A stretch of DNA of 64,000 nucleotides. It comes from Schmidtea polychroa. Its lineage: Eukaryota. A program made the translations under genes and the position numbers. The stretch spans positions 267,592,001 to 267,656,000 of the forward strand of contig CM097885.1 in assembly GCA_044892525.1 (NCBI GenBank), read 5' to 3'. The notes under the pieces were generated by a model, which was not told where the DNA came from, searched no databases, and worked only from the letters and a program-made list of their open reading frames with translations. Below, piece by piece: positions 1 through 12,881 of this stretch (positions are counted from its first letter, which is position 1; each line of letters begins with the position of its first letter).

Positions 1-489
1 TAATTTAACTAATAAGGTGCCCGAATAAAATATTTCAAATCTTTCAAAAACATCAAAAAGTCTTTATTTTAAAATTAAATTAAGATCCAATTTCACTTTT
101 AAACTATTTTGTGAATCAAATTGAAGGGGGTTATTTCATAGTCGAAATTTCTCATTTTGTTATTTAATAAAACTTGCAACTTACAACAAGGCTTACTNNN
201 NNNNNNNNNNNNNNNNNNNNNNNNNNNNNNNNNNNNNNNNNNNNNNNNNNNNNNNNNNNNNNNNNNNNNNNNNNNNNNNNNNNNNNNNNNNNNNNNNNNN
301 NNNNNNNNNNNNNNNNNNNNNNNNNNNNNNNNNNNNNNNNNNNNNNNNNNNNNNNNNNNNNNNNNNNNNNNNNNNNNNNNNNNNNNNNNNNNNNNNNNNN
401 NNNNNNNNNNNNNNNNNNNNNNNNNNNNNNNNNNNNNNNNNNNNNNNNNNNNNNNNNNNNNNNNNNNNNNNNNNNNNNNNNNNNNNTAA

Positions 490-3117
490 CTAACCTTGTT
501 CCTCATCAGCCTGACGGCGCTTCTTGACAAAGCAAATGATGGTTATCAAGAATATACCCAGGAAAAGGATAACGAATATAAGTACCATTATAATGGTAAT
601 ATTTTGGTCTACTGATTCATCTGGGATCTGTGTGTTCTCGGTTTCTAGATGAGGACCTTTATACTTCTTATTAGTAGAAGTATCCAAAAGACCTTGATTT
701 GGACGGTTGATCTCTTCGTTGATACTTTTGTGATATCTTTCATTTTCGAGAATTATTTGCAATATTGTAGAGCCTCGAAATAAAGGCTTCGTGGGATCGA
801 AAACTGAAATTTTGATTTCTACCTTTTCTTTATTGTTTGATTTAAAATTGCAGTCATTTTTTTTTACAGTCATCCCAATCGTTCCAGTAAGTTTATCAAT
901 CTTGAACATTGACTTGAACTCCAAAGGTTTAATGTTGTCTAACAGATAATGCATCTTTGTATTTTCTGGAGATTTGTCTTTATCCGTAGATGGGAAAAGA
1001 TTTTTGTCAATGGTTTGTGTTTGACATGAGAGGCTTAATGCAAAGAAGGGTTTCTCGAATTCTGGAGGATGATTATTGGAATCCAAAACCGCTATGAAAA
1101 CTGTCGTTGATGAAGACATTGAAATTTGTCGTCCTTGGTCTCTAGCAACGATCATGATCTGATGCATGTTCTGCTTATCAATGTCAAGCATATGAAATAA
1201 TCGAATTTCCCCATAGTTTGAAACCGTAAAGTAAAAGCGTTGATTTGAGATTTGATTCACTTGCGTATACGAGACTGTTCCGTTTTCCCCTAAGTCATTA
1301 TCAACAGCTCGAACTTGTCCTATGAATCCATCAACGGACGTATTTTCTGGGACCGAGAACGAATAGTGGGCATCAAAAACCGGCTTGTTATCATTGATGT
1401 CATTGATCCGAAAAATTACCTTTACCGTGTCGGTGAAATTGGCGTTATCCTTCTCCATGACTTGAACATCAAACGAGTATTCATCCTTGGTTTCTCTGTC
1501 AAACATTTCGTTTGTCGTCAAATAACCATTATTCGTGTCAATATTAACAAAACTGCAATTGCTAGGATGAACAAAAGAAAAGGCCACCTCGGATTTTTTA
1601 TCGAGATCAATCGTAGATATTCTAATTATTTCTGAGCCGATTGGAATATTTTCTGGAATGGAGATTCGAATGGTTTTCTGAGGGAAATAAACACGATTGT
1701 CATTCACATCAATGACATTCACAGCAATTCGTTTCTTTGATGTTAGGTTAGGTTTGCCTCCATCTTGACATTGAATGATCAAGGCAATAATTGACTGTTT
1801 CTCATAATCTAGCATTTGGGAGAGATATATTTCATATGTTATGGGAATATTTGCAGCGGATTTTTTCAAATGAAAATATTCCCCCGACTCGAGAATTTCG
1901 CACTCGATCTTTCCGTTCGCCTCTTCATCGCTATCGAACACCGTAAAGTAGTCGAGGTAATTTGGAGTAGTATTTTCCTCAACGTCTATTATCCCTCTGT
2001 TTATGTTGATTATTGGGGGGTTATCATTGAAATCTTCTATGTCGATGACAGCAGTCGTTGAACTGCTCAAAGAAGGGGTACCGTTATCCTTGGCTATAAC
2101 CGTGACAATATACTCCCGATTAAATCGTTCCTCGAAATCTATGTTTCCATTTAATTTCATGTCTCCCGTAATTGAGTCTATCGTAAAAAGATTCCCAGAA
2201 AATGTTTTCGGAATATCTCGAACAATTATTCTTCCAATGCTGTATGAGACTTTGCCATATACGGTGTCAGCATCAGTAGCTTGAAATGTATGAATAACTG
2301 AATCTAAAGGGATGTTTTCTTTGATCCTGATGTAATACTTGGAGTTCGGCCATTCAGGAGAATGATCGTTAATATCATTAACTTTCACTATAAGTCGCAT
2401 AGACGAGCTAGAATTTAGGTCCCAAGCCGTTAAGGTGCATTGGATCGGATCATATCTGAATGATATATTTTGGGTGACAATCATTTTCACTTGGTGGTTC
2501 AACTTGTATTGTTTATCTCTAAAGATATTGAAAGAGAGATTAAAGATATTTTCAGAGCATTTCATATCGTATTTAATAATTGCGTAATCCGACGAGTCTC
2601 GATCTTGAGCCGAGTGCAATTCCAATTCCGTACCAATCGGGGATTTTTCATTGATCTCAATACTTTGCGTCAGCTCCGGAAACGAAGGGGCATTATCATT
2701 GATATCTTCAATACATATCGTTTTATAAATTCGTTCCGGCGGTTTGTTTGACTGAATCAAATCGGAAGCAAATATCGTTAACTCCAATACGCACTTGCGC
2801 TTCAAACAGTCACAGTTATTGCTAGCATGGCAAAGGGCTTCTCTGTCAATAGAGCGAATCGTTTGAAGGAATCCCGTTGACGGATGAATCGTAAAGATAT
2901 TATGATGTTGGATTAGTTCGTATTTTTTCATAGATTTCCCGCGAGTTAAATTCAAATCTATTCCCATTTGAAAAATATCAAGCTCCTTAATTTCTGCATC
3001 ACAATGCAAATCCAGGCCGTTTCCATATCCGATTATGACGAGAGTCAGAGTAAAAGCGATCATTTGAAAATATTCTGGGAGCCGATCAGAAATCTGGATC
3101 ATTCTCATTGAAATCAT
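490..3117 (-). CDS. Protocadherin-like cadherin; signal peptide, about six EC repeats and TM in one large exon; cytoplasmic tail probably continues beyond the N-gap
   Basis: Repeated cadherin Ca-binding motifs (IDRE, DINDNAP, DINDHSP, DFE, DFNDNPP, DYE, DVNDN, FDRE, DINDNKP, DSNNHPP); N-terminal hydrophobic stretch; TM ITIIMVLIFVILFLGIFLITIICFV followed by KKRR. The ORF ends at a possible GTTAGT splice donor next to an assembly gap. The true start Met is uncertain. Confidence 0.9.
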   Translation of the reverse strand: MISMRMIQISDRLPEYFQMIAFTLTLVIIGYGNGLDLHCDAEIKELDIFQMGIDLNLTRGKSMKKYELIQHHNIFTIHPSTGFLQTIRSIDREALCHASNNCDCLKRKCVLELTIFASDLIQSNKPPERIYKTICIEDINDNAPSFPELTQSIEINEKSPIGTELELHSAQDRDSSDYAIIKYDMKCSENIFNLSFNIFRDKQYKLNHQVKMIVTQNISFRYDPIQCTLTAWDLNSSSSMRLIVKVNDINDHSPEWPNSKYYIRIKENIPLDSVIHTFQATDADTVYGKVSYSIGRIIVRDIPKTFSGNLFTIDSITGDMKLNGNIDFEERFNREYIVTVIAKDNGTPSLSSSTTAVIDIEDFNDNPPIININRGIIDVEENTTPNYLDYFTVFDSDEEANGKIECEILESGEYFHLKKSAANIPITYEIYLSQMLDYEKQSIIALIIQCQDGGKPNLTSKKRIAVNVIDVNDNRVYFPQKTIRISIPENIPIGSEIIRISTIDLDKKSEVAFSFVHPSNCSFVNIDTNNGYLTTNEMFDRETKDEYSFDVQVMEKDNANFTDTVKVIFRINDINDNKPVFDAHYSFSVPENTSVDGFIGQVRAVDNDLGENGTVSYTQVNQISNQRFYFTVSNYGEIRLFHMLDIDKQNMHQIMIVARDQGRQISMSSSTTVFIAVLDSNNHPPEFEKPFFALSLSCQTQTIDKNLFPSTDKDKSPENTKMHYLLDNIKPLEFKSMFKIDKLTGTIGMTVKKNDCNFKSNNKEKVEIKISVFDPTKPLFRGSTILQIILENERYHKSINEEINRPNQGLLDTSTNKKYKGPHLETENTQIPDESVDQNITIIMVLIFVILFLGIFLITIICFVKKRRQADEEQG

Positions 3118-6100
3118 CGGTCAGTGCGTTTAAACAATCAAAAAGAATAATTATTAGAATCCCAATATGTCATGAGCCTACAGGAAATTAAAAAAACAGT
3201 TAAACGAATAACAATGCCATTCTCAATTTTACTGGTTGATAAGGCAGCATTTTCATTAGCCACTCAATTGTTGTCGTTTACAATAGAATGGAGTATACGG
3301 ATTGAATATATACATATATTCTCATATATACATATATATACACTCTTATACTCTCATATACACTCATATACATCTATGTCAATCATCTACGATGTCGCTT
3401 TTCCCACTGGATATTTCCCATCATTTAATCTCCCTCTTATATTTTACAATATAAATAAATAATTTTCAAATTTATATAATGCCCGAAAATTTTTTGATTA
3501 TCCTATAGAGTTTTTATTTTAGAGAAATTAAATTTTTATAATTAATTATTTGTTTTAATAAGTGAATTGATTGATTTAATTTTTATTTAATTTTATTTAA
3601 TAAAACAAAAACAATTGGGATTAATAAATAAAAATTTATTTTTTTATTAAATAAATTACAAGTATTTTAAAATTAAAATTAGGATAAAGGAAAAATTTTT
3701 TTAATTAAAATAAAAATATATATTAGATTAATCATGATTCGTTAATAGTGTTTGAGTGTTTTTAAATAATTTTTTTGTATATTGTATGTATTGATTGTTG
3801 TCTCAAATTAAATAATTAATAAAATTTTTTAAATTATTAAATTAAATTCTGAATGCTAAAATTTTAAAAATAATATATTAATTTTATTATAATTTTTAAA
3901 AATAATTAAATTTTTTTTATTAAATAAAAATTTTTTTTTATATAATAATTAAATTAGCTTAAAATCAGTAATTAATATAGTTATTTTATCCCACTTGATA
4001 ATGATAGGAAAACTGCCGAAATATATCGTGAAAAGAATGTTTGATTGGCGTTATCTTATTATTCAACTATTTATTCAAAAGTATTTTTTATCTATTATTT
4101 CCACCCCCCCCCCCCCGTTAGGCGAGCGTGTGGGCCAGAGGCGCTTAAATTGGGATATTCCGGCAACATAGCAATTTTTCAAAGGGGTTAGAATTAATTT
4201 ATGGAATTAATTTGTGGACAATTTCGTGGATATATGATGTTTTAATATTTATTGGAGACTCAGAGGTTAATTGTGACATCCTAAATTTGTGATAAATAGA
4301 AAAAACCCTTGCAATTCGAAACATTAGTAATAATTATATTAAGAAATATGTTGGAAATATAATATAAGATCACAGATAAGACGGAATTCAGAAATCATAT
4401 AATCATATTCTGAGTCTTAAGTACTGTCTGGTGAAGAAAGTCACCCAGCTGGACATGGTCCGATATATCCTTCAAAGGTCTTTGGACTCTGCATCAATCA
4501 TTGAACTACATCAATTAAAAATTAGAATATAAATATGGGTAAATATAAGACACCCTTAAGCATTCTCCATGTCACATAACATGAAAAATAAATCAGTGCG
4601 ACACATACATTTACTACTTGAAAATTCTTGTAAATATTTTAATAAAAATATTTTAAAAAGAAATTATTCCAAATTGGTTTCTCAAAATTTTAATAATAAT
4701 CACTACTAAAATTGAAATGTTTAATATTTGGATCATATGAACATTCAAGGAAACTAGCAGAATTCAGGGATATTTTGTCCACAAAATAGTCAGTTGAAAC
4801 TGTTCACTGAGCCATGAAAGATCAACATTGAAGGAGAGAACTAAAATCATATTTAAATGAATTCAGGCACCTTTTAAGGCTTCTGTAACCCTTAGAATCG
4901 AATTATGNNNNNNNNNNNNNNNNNNNNNNNNNNNNNNNNNNNNNNNNNNNNNNNNNNNNNNNNNNNNNNNNNNNNNNNNNNNNNNNNNNNNNNNNNNNNN
5001 NNNNNNNNNNNNNNNNNNNNNNNNNNNNNNNNNNNNNNNNNNNNNNNNNNNNNNNNNNNNNNNNNNNNNNNNNNNNNNNNNNNNNNNNNNNNNNNAATAA
5101 TTATTAAGATTTTGTATTTCTTTTCTAAATGGAATAAATCTCAATAAATAACTCATAATAAGAGCTCATTGGATTCAGATATTTTGACATTAATTGTATT
5201 TTTTGATAAGCATTTGTTTTAAGTTTTACATTTTATTTATTCTAGCTAAAATAGCGGGAAATTTATTCATTTTTGGGGGAATTTTCAATCTGCAACACTT
5301 GAAAATATATTCAAAGATTTACTGCAATGTTTNNNNNNNNNNNNNNNNNNNNNNNNNNNNNNNNNNNNNNNNNNNNNNNNNNNNNNNNNNNNNNNNNNNN
5401 NNNNNNNNNNNNNNNNNNNNNNNNNNNNNNNNNNNNNNNNNNNNNNNNNNNNNNNNNNNNNNNNNNNNNNNNNNNNNNNNNNNNNNNNNNNNNNNNNNNN
5501 NNNNNNNNNNNNNNNNNNNAAACATAATAATAATATTAATAATAATAATATTAATAAAAATAATAAAAAATATGATGCATGAATCTTGATGTTATCATGT
5601 CAAATACTAAATAAAAATATACAATTAATAATAATAATCTTAATGATAATATAGGAAGAGAAACAAGTAAGGAATGATAAAGACGAAATTCATAAATCAT
5701 AATTTATTAATGAAGAACGTAACCCATCACGGAATGGGGATATTAATTGTTATTCTATGTTTAATCACGAAAATACAGTGAAATAAAAAAACTCAGATTT
5801 TATTTTTGTTAATTAATTATATCTAGAATTTATCTCTGACAAGTTTTCATTCAATTATGATATTTACTTTGGTGTAATGAATAGCCCCCCCCCTGCAATT
5901 AGCCATTTATGCCTTATCTAGATAACATATACTGAACTGCTTAAGGAGAACATTAACAATTATCGAAAGATATGATAAAAATTTGAGATATGAAAAATAT
6001 TAACTCAGCTTGTTAAGAGGACATTTTAAGTTATAATATTTAATAATACCGCAAAATTAATGTTGAGTTCCTCTGATAGAGGAGTTAATATAATAACTAT

Positions 6101-6432
6101 GTAATGAGCAATACAAACACACATTCTACATACATATAGTTGCACAATAATTGCATATTGATCATATATTCACATATGACACTATCATACAATCATCTAA
6201 TATATTATATGATATGCCCATATACTTGGCATTATGATATTTTGCTAAATTCATTTAATTAAACAATAAGATTAAAAATTAAATGTAATAAATAAAGATT
6301 CATCAGTAAAGGTACCCCTATTCAGCTTGGGGGGGGGGCAAAATTATTGATTATTGCCATTCATCGAGCAATGTTAAAAGTTGACACGGAAAAATAGTAA
6401 AAAATATTTTAGGATAATTAATAAATTTATTA

Positions 6433-6660
6433 TTAATTATTAACAATGTATATTACATAGAATATATTACAATATAATATTAATTCAGAAAGTATTTCAT
6501 TCGGACTTATTTTAATGTCTTGATGGATATATAGCAAAGCCAAACCGTTTAACCTGTTTTCATCCATGGTATTTCTTAGATATGACTTAAATATAAACCG
6601 GGCTCTCGTCTTGTATTTTTGTTGTACCGAAAAGACTGAAAAACTAAGGAAATAGCTCAT
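6433..6660 (-). pseudogene. hAT-superfamily transposase C-terminal (dimerisation domain) remnant
   Basis: KSYLRNTMDENRLNGLALLYIHQDI matches the hAT dimerisation-domain motif (KxYLRSTMxxxRLNGLALLxIH); G/C-tract TIR-like sequence nearby at ~6330 and ~6705-6731. Confidence 0.7.
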
Positions 6661-9600
6661 TTATATTTGATAATCTATAATTTATTTGAGGTGTGAGGGT
6701 ATTTGCCCCCTCTCCCAATAACTACGCCCTTGCCCCTATCTATTTGCACCATGGCCTCATTGTGTGTTCTATGGGTTATAATTGATATTACGATCTGTCA
6801 CGGCTTTTCCAAATCAACCAAACATTATAGAATATTATTAGGATTAGGAATTATATGACAATACTCCTAGGAATATCAGATCAGTGTAGGTTAAGACATT
6901 TCTTGATATTCGGCATCTAATTAGGATAAGACAATGACATTAAAACTTTGCAAAATTATTTTTATATCTAAAATAAATCTGTCAAAAAACGGTTCATAAA
7001 AGACACACATATTGTTCAATAAAAGTACCAAAACGTTCATACCAAAGGTACCCTAATATATGTTAGCGAAAGGCTTTTAAGTTGTTACTTATGTTAAAAT
7101 TTTAAAAATTATTTTCCGATTTAATTTGATTGAAATTTTGAAAGAAAATAGTTTGAATATTCATTTGTCAAGCAATACGGTAAATCCATTAATTTTACCT
7201 TTGTATAAAAGATGTTAAATATTTTTAGTTAATTATTTTTGAATAAACGCGCAATTTTTTGTTTAAAGCGATAATAAAAATAAATATTCCAAAATATATA
7301 ATTAACATGGCCAAAAGCGTTTATTAAAAAGAAACTAACAAAAAGGCTTCCTGAGGAAACTCTAAAATTAACAGTCAAGCCACCTTAACTTTAACCATAG
7401 TTGTGCAAGAAATTGGTCCACCCCTATATGCTGTATCAGTCACCCATAAATGATGATTCCCACTAGAACATTATTATAAGTTGTATTAGTCACTAAATGT
7501 TGTGAAGGAAAGTAACTGTAACCTATGGCTATATCATATCTCTCTAAGATTTATGGACGAGGCTTCTTTTTAATAATCTATTTTATTTTATTGTACTAAT
7601 TGAAAAGCTTGACTATGAATCGGTAAAGATGTTTTTTTGATATTAACGAATTTTCGGCACTGTCTTTTTCAAGTTATTTTATATTAAATTTTTGTANNNN
7701 NNNNNNNNNNNNNNNNNNNNNNNNNNNNNNNNNNNNNNNNNNNNNNNNNNNNNNNNNNNNNNNNNNNNNNNNNNNNNNNNNNNNNNNNNNNNNNNNNNNN
7801 NNNNNNNNNNNNNNNNNNNNNNNNNNNNNNNCCAATGTTTAATGACGAATGCAGGAAGATTGTGTGTGCCATGAAGTAAAGTAGGTGTGTATGTGATCTG
7901 TATCAATAATATTGCTTGAAATAATAATCCTCATTTTCGAAATTGTGCAATTAGAAGCATTTAAAATAATATTATAATTGCATATCCGGTTTAGAATTTT
8001 TAAATTAAATGCTGTATTACAATATCTTTTAACAATAATAATAATAAAACAATAAAAGGCTTAAGCCCTTATACATCCGTTCTATGACAGGCACTTATAC
8101 AATTTGAAGTTGTAAATAATCAATAATATGGGAACGATAAACAAATTTTGAGTGGTTAAAATAAACTCCGCAGTGACTCCTACACCGAAATATCCTTGTC
8201 AGTGTATTTAAATATAAAAATACAAGTTTAAGTACCAGGAAAAGAAATCCAACCAGCATTCGAAACAAACAAAGTTTAGACACGCCCGGAAAACAACAGA
8301 AATCATGGAATGGCTTGCGGGAATGATTAATATCATCATTAGAAATTCATCCAAACAATTATTCGGAATCCAGGAGAAATGAAATTTTGGGGAAATTCTT
8401 GAAATTTTCGAGCTCTCTAGTGAGGAGGAGTGATAATTATTTTTTGTAAAAACTGAATTACATATTACGACAAACCAGCCAAATTTTATGGAAAATTCTC
8501 AAGATGATAATACACTCACCGGCCTGACAGAGGCAGCCAGTTAGTCAGCCAAGCATGCGTGAGGTTCGGTATGGATGGCGGGTGAGTGGTGAAAACTTAC
8601 GAAAATTTAAATTAATTGTCCTGTAAAATTTTAATTGCGAACGAGATTAGTTGAGTTTGCCAGAATATTATTTAATTTTTTTTAATCAGACTTGTTCCCA
8701 AATGTTATTGCGCAAACATTATAATAGTCATTTCCCCTTAAAATTCACAAATGCATTGATGTTTGATAAAATTTTATTAAATTTTTCTTACTATTAAGTT
8801 TTACATTGATTTTCATCAATTAGTATGACCTTGACATTTAATGGTGTTAATTTCTAATTTTTTAGTGTTTTATTTTAATTTGGTTATGCTCATTTTCAGT
8901 ATTAATCATTAGTTCATCATATCAAATATATTTTTATGACTTTATTAGTAAAATAATTTTTTAAATCATAGATCTGTTTTTGTTTTCCTAATTGTTATTG
9001 ATCTATAGTTGTAATGAAAATAAGACAAATATTAAACGATTTTATTATAATCACATTATTAATAAATCAAATTATAATTTACATAATTCGTGTCCGTTAA
9101 ACTGTAAAATAATCTATATCATATATCTCGCTTTTCAAAATATCAACGACAAATGCATTTACCTTCCACCCCTACTGCATTTATGAAGTATTCCAGACCA
9201 TATGAAGAGAAATAATGTTCTTTGTAATTCCAAGTGTCATTTTAGTAATCCTTGTTGAAACAAATGATTTTATGGTACGTTTCCATAAATGCCATTTATA
9301 AGCTGCATAAATTAAATAAATTGCTTCTTTCTCATTTTAATTGCCTATCATTAGTTCATTTATAGAATACCTAGTTATTTCATAGAATAACTAGTTAAAG
9401 TGTCAAATTATTAACATATAACACACTTTAACGGATACGATCAGTTATTTCATGGAATAACTAGGTATTCTATGAAATAACTGCATTATATACCTTAACG
9501 GTAACATATGCATAATTTGTGAAAAATGAAAATAAAAAAAATAATAGAACACCAACAAAAAAATTCATAGAATATTGAAAATCGTGTTTAAACAAAGCAA

Positions 9601-12600
9601 TTCGTGTAAAAAGAGAAAAAGAAATTCTTTTTAATTCGTGGTAAATCAAATTCGTGTAAATTAGGTGTGAATTAGGTGTATTTGATCTATGTAGTCAGAT
9701 TTACTCACTCAGGAGTTTCTAAAACTTTAGATCAAAGTATAAGTTTGGTTCGCCTAATTACTCGAATGCATTGCCTTTATTTGTTTTAAGGTTTCTAATA
9801 TAATATCTGAAATATGAGTTGTACTGATCATTGGCCAATATAATTAATAACCCTTTAATGAGGGGTACTATATACACTATTCTTTATCCGTCTAGATTTG
9901 AATACCATTTCTTTTTATCTGTGTGTTTCCATGACATCGGCAAAATTACTTTTCAAACCGTTTAAAGTCGTTAACCTCTACACAGCTACCTGCATAATGA
10001 AATACTTTAACGAAACACATAAATGCAATATGTCACCAACACTTTTATATAATATAAATAAGCTGTCAATGCAATATATATATATATATATATATATACA
10101 AAAGCAAAAGTCTTCTTAATGGAATGAGAAATTAGTGGTCTAAGGAAAAATTAAAAGGATAGTCAGAATTAATTCGGAATTAAAGAAAATTAAAGAAATT
10201 AAAAGTGAAAAATTAGAAATTGGAAAGAAGAAAAAATATTGGAACTAACAGGCGCGATAAAATTTGGTTCAATGGGAAAGGTTTAAAGTATACTGAATAA
10301 AGTCAAGTCAAATCAAAGGAGAATTCAATTCAAGTCACCAAATTATTGAGCCAGATCAGCAGCTGGTGATTGTTCAGTAATTGGGAATTATGCGAGTAGA
10401 GCTATTCCTCGCGTAGTGTCGTAATAAGCTCTGTGTAATTACCTATTTGAGTATTGAATCAATCGCGTTGTTATAATTTGTGTAATCAATTGTGATAATC
10501 AATAAAGGTTTATATTATCTGAGAATTGTTATTTTGTAGATCAGATTAAGCACGCTTTGGAGTCAGAGATTCGATTGATAATTTTTAAATATTACCACCA
10601 TCCCAATAACCCCACATAAATTTAATTATTTTTGAAATTTTTTTATTTTTTGATATCCACTTCGTTCTGACTGCTTAAAATTAACTTTAAATTAATATTT
10701 TGTTTAAATTGTTATTATTTAGGTTAAATATTTCATTTAATAAACGCTGCAGGTATGACTCACCTAGTCATTTATTTTAAATATTTTATCAANNNNNNNN
10801 NNNNNNNNNNNNNNNNNNNNNNNNNNNNNNNNNNNNNNNNNNNNNNNNNNNNNNNNNNNNNNNNNNNNNNNNNNNNNNNNNNNNNNNNNNNNNNNNNNNN
10901 NNNNNNNNNNNNNNNNNNNNNNNNNNNNNNNNNNNNNAATAATATAAAATTAAGTGAAATGAATAATAATAAAATATTAAAATAAATATAACTAGATTCA
11001 AAAGAAGTTCTATGCCTGTGATGATTTAATCTCCTCTCTCGCATAATGCGAACAGGAACTGCTTCACTCGCTCATTACAGATGCTGCAGATGCATCTCGC
11101 ATTTACGCAATAATCCGTCTGCCACTGTTAACGACACTAATCGTATAATTAATTCAATTACCGTTAGTCTACATATCCAATAATCCAAATCCCGCTTTTT
11201 ACCTCGAGGCAGGATTTCACCTGTCACTAAAATGAACGCAAGTCTTTAAATCTTTCCCCTCTAATATAATTAACCAGTAACATCAGTTGGCTTTTTTCTC
11301 AAATATTTCCCATCATTTCTTTTTCTAAATTAATTTCAAATGAGAAAGGGCATGAGTGAGAATTTATTTATTTATTTTCCCTATTTTTGTCACTGTTTTC
11401 CATTTTCTAATGGTTGCATTATTTCTGATAATTGACAGGATAATATTTGAGATTTTCACTGGGATACGATTCGGGTGGGAGGGGGGTGCATGGAGCTGTT
11501 GGTGTTTTGTAGTTTCTGTTGATTTTGAATAGTTGCAGTGTTACATTGTCGAAGAGATTGGATCTTATATCCTAGAGGCTAAGATCAAGGAATTATATTG
11601 GAGGCCTTAAAGACCTATGCGAAATATTTATATAGAACTTACAAACTTAAAGAATAGTAGTAGTGAACATTGACAGTAAACTATTTTTTATCTAAGTAAA
11701 TAAAACCTCTTTAAGGTAGAAAACTTTTAATGAAGAAGTACTTTGGGAAATGTTTAGCCATTTNNNNNNNNNNNNNNNNNNNNNNNNNNNNNNNNNNNNN
11801 NNNNNNNNNNNNNNNNNNNNNNNNNNNNNNNNNNNNNNNNNNNNNNNNNNNNNNNNNNNNNNNNNNNNNNNNNNNNNNNNNNNNNNNNNNNNNNNNNNNN
11901 NNNNNNNNNNNNNNNNNNNNNNNNNNNNNNNNNNNNNNNNNNNNNNNNNNNNNNNNNNNNNNNNNNNNNNNNNNNNNNNNNNNNNATAACTGAAAACCGC
12001 TGAAGTTGTTGAAATAATAATTGTTGTATTTCACATTTAAAATTTCCTAAAATTAATTGTGGAAAATAATTAATTTAGAATTTCAAGAAAGTCAAAATAG
12101 AAACTCACCCCCCCCCCCTCCTTCCCCGAATTGCTGAACGAGTGGCATGATCAAATTTATCTGTAGTTTTCCTGTTAAATTATGAAAGATTGGAACAAGA
12201 AATTTATCTCATCCAAACATAATTTCTGTGAACTAGATTGTGGGAAATTCCAATTGTTGTCAATTATTTACATAATTTATAACTTTATTTTATAATTTAT
12301 TCATTTCCATGCCAAAATTTGGCATGATATATGAACGTTTTGCTGGCGTCATTTAAGTAAAGCTTAAATTTAAACTCTTACAATGTGATCCCCACCTGAT
12401 ATTTATTTGATGGACATCTTGTACGGGACCATCTTTAAAAATAATTAAAATTCCTCAGCTTTCATATAAAATCACAACCTGTGAAATGCCTAATATCAAG
12501 GGCAAATAGCCTAATAAAATAAAGCCTAGTAGTCACAAGACCAAATGCTAACTCAATATTTGGTGACCTATATACTCCTATCAAGGAACCGGAATTTCTC

Positions 12601-12881
12601 GTATTAATTTCTCATATTGTGAGTTGTCAGAGGGACATTAATACTGATATAAGTGTCGGATGCTTCACTGCTATTAGCATCACCATCAACTTCCATATTC
12701 ATTATTAGAAATTAGGCAAAACTGATATCAAATTTATTTAACTCAATACATTCAGTACATAGTTCAGTTTTTAAATTCCCCAAAATGTATTTACCTTACT
12801 TGATGTGGTAAAATAAAACAGAATAACTTAGAATCCTAGTAATACGCACAAGTAGGTAGATATTGGCTTACGGCAACAATT

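Noticed and set aside
1315-2751. Plus-strand ORFs overlapping the protocadherin (and similar antisense ORFs in the Gypsy and Polinton)
   Set aside because: Shadow frames opposite well-supported genes, with no motifs.
7607-7680. Sequence repeated at ~61445-61530
   Set aside because: A short dispersed repeat abutting assembly gaps in both places; no structure or coding signal to interpret.
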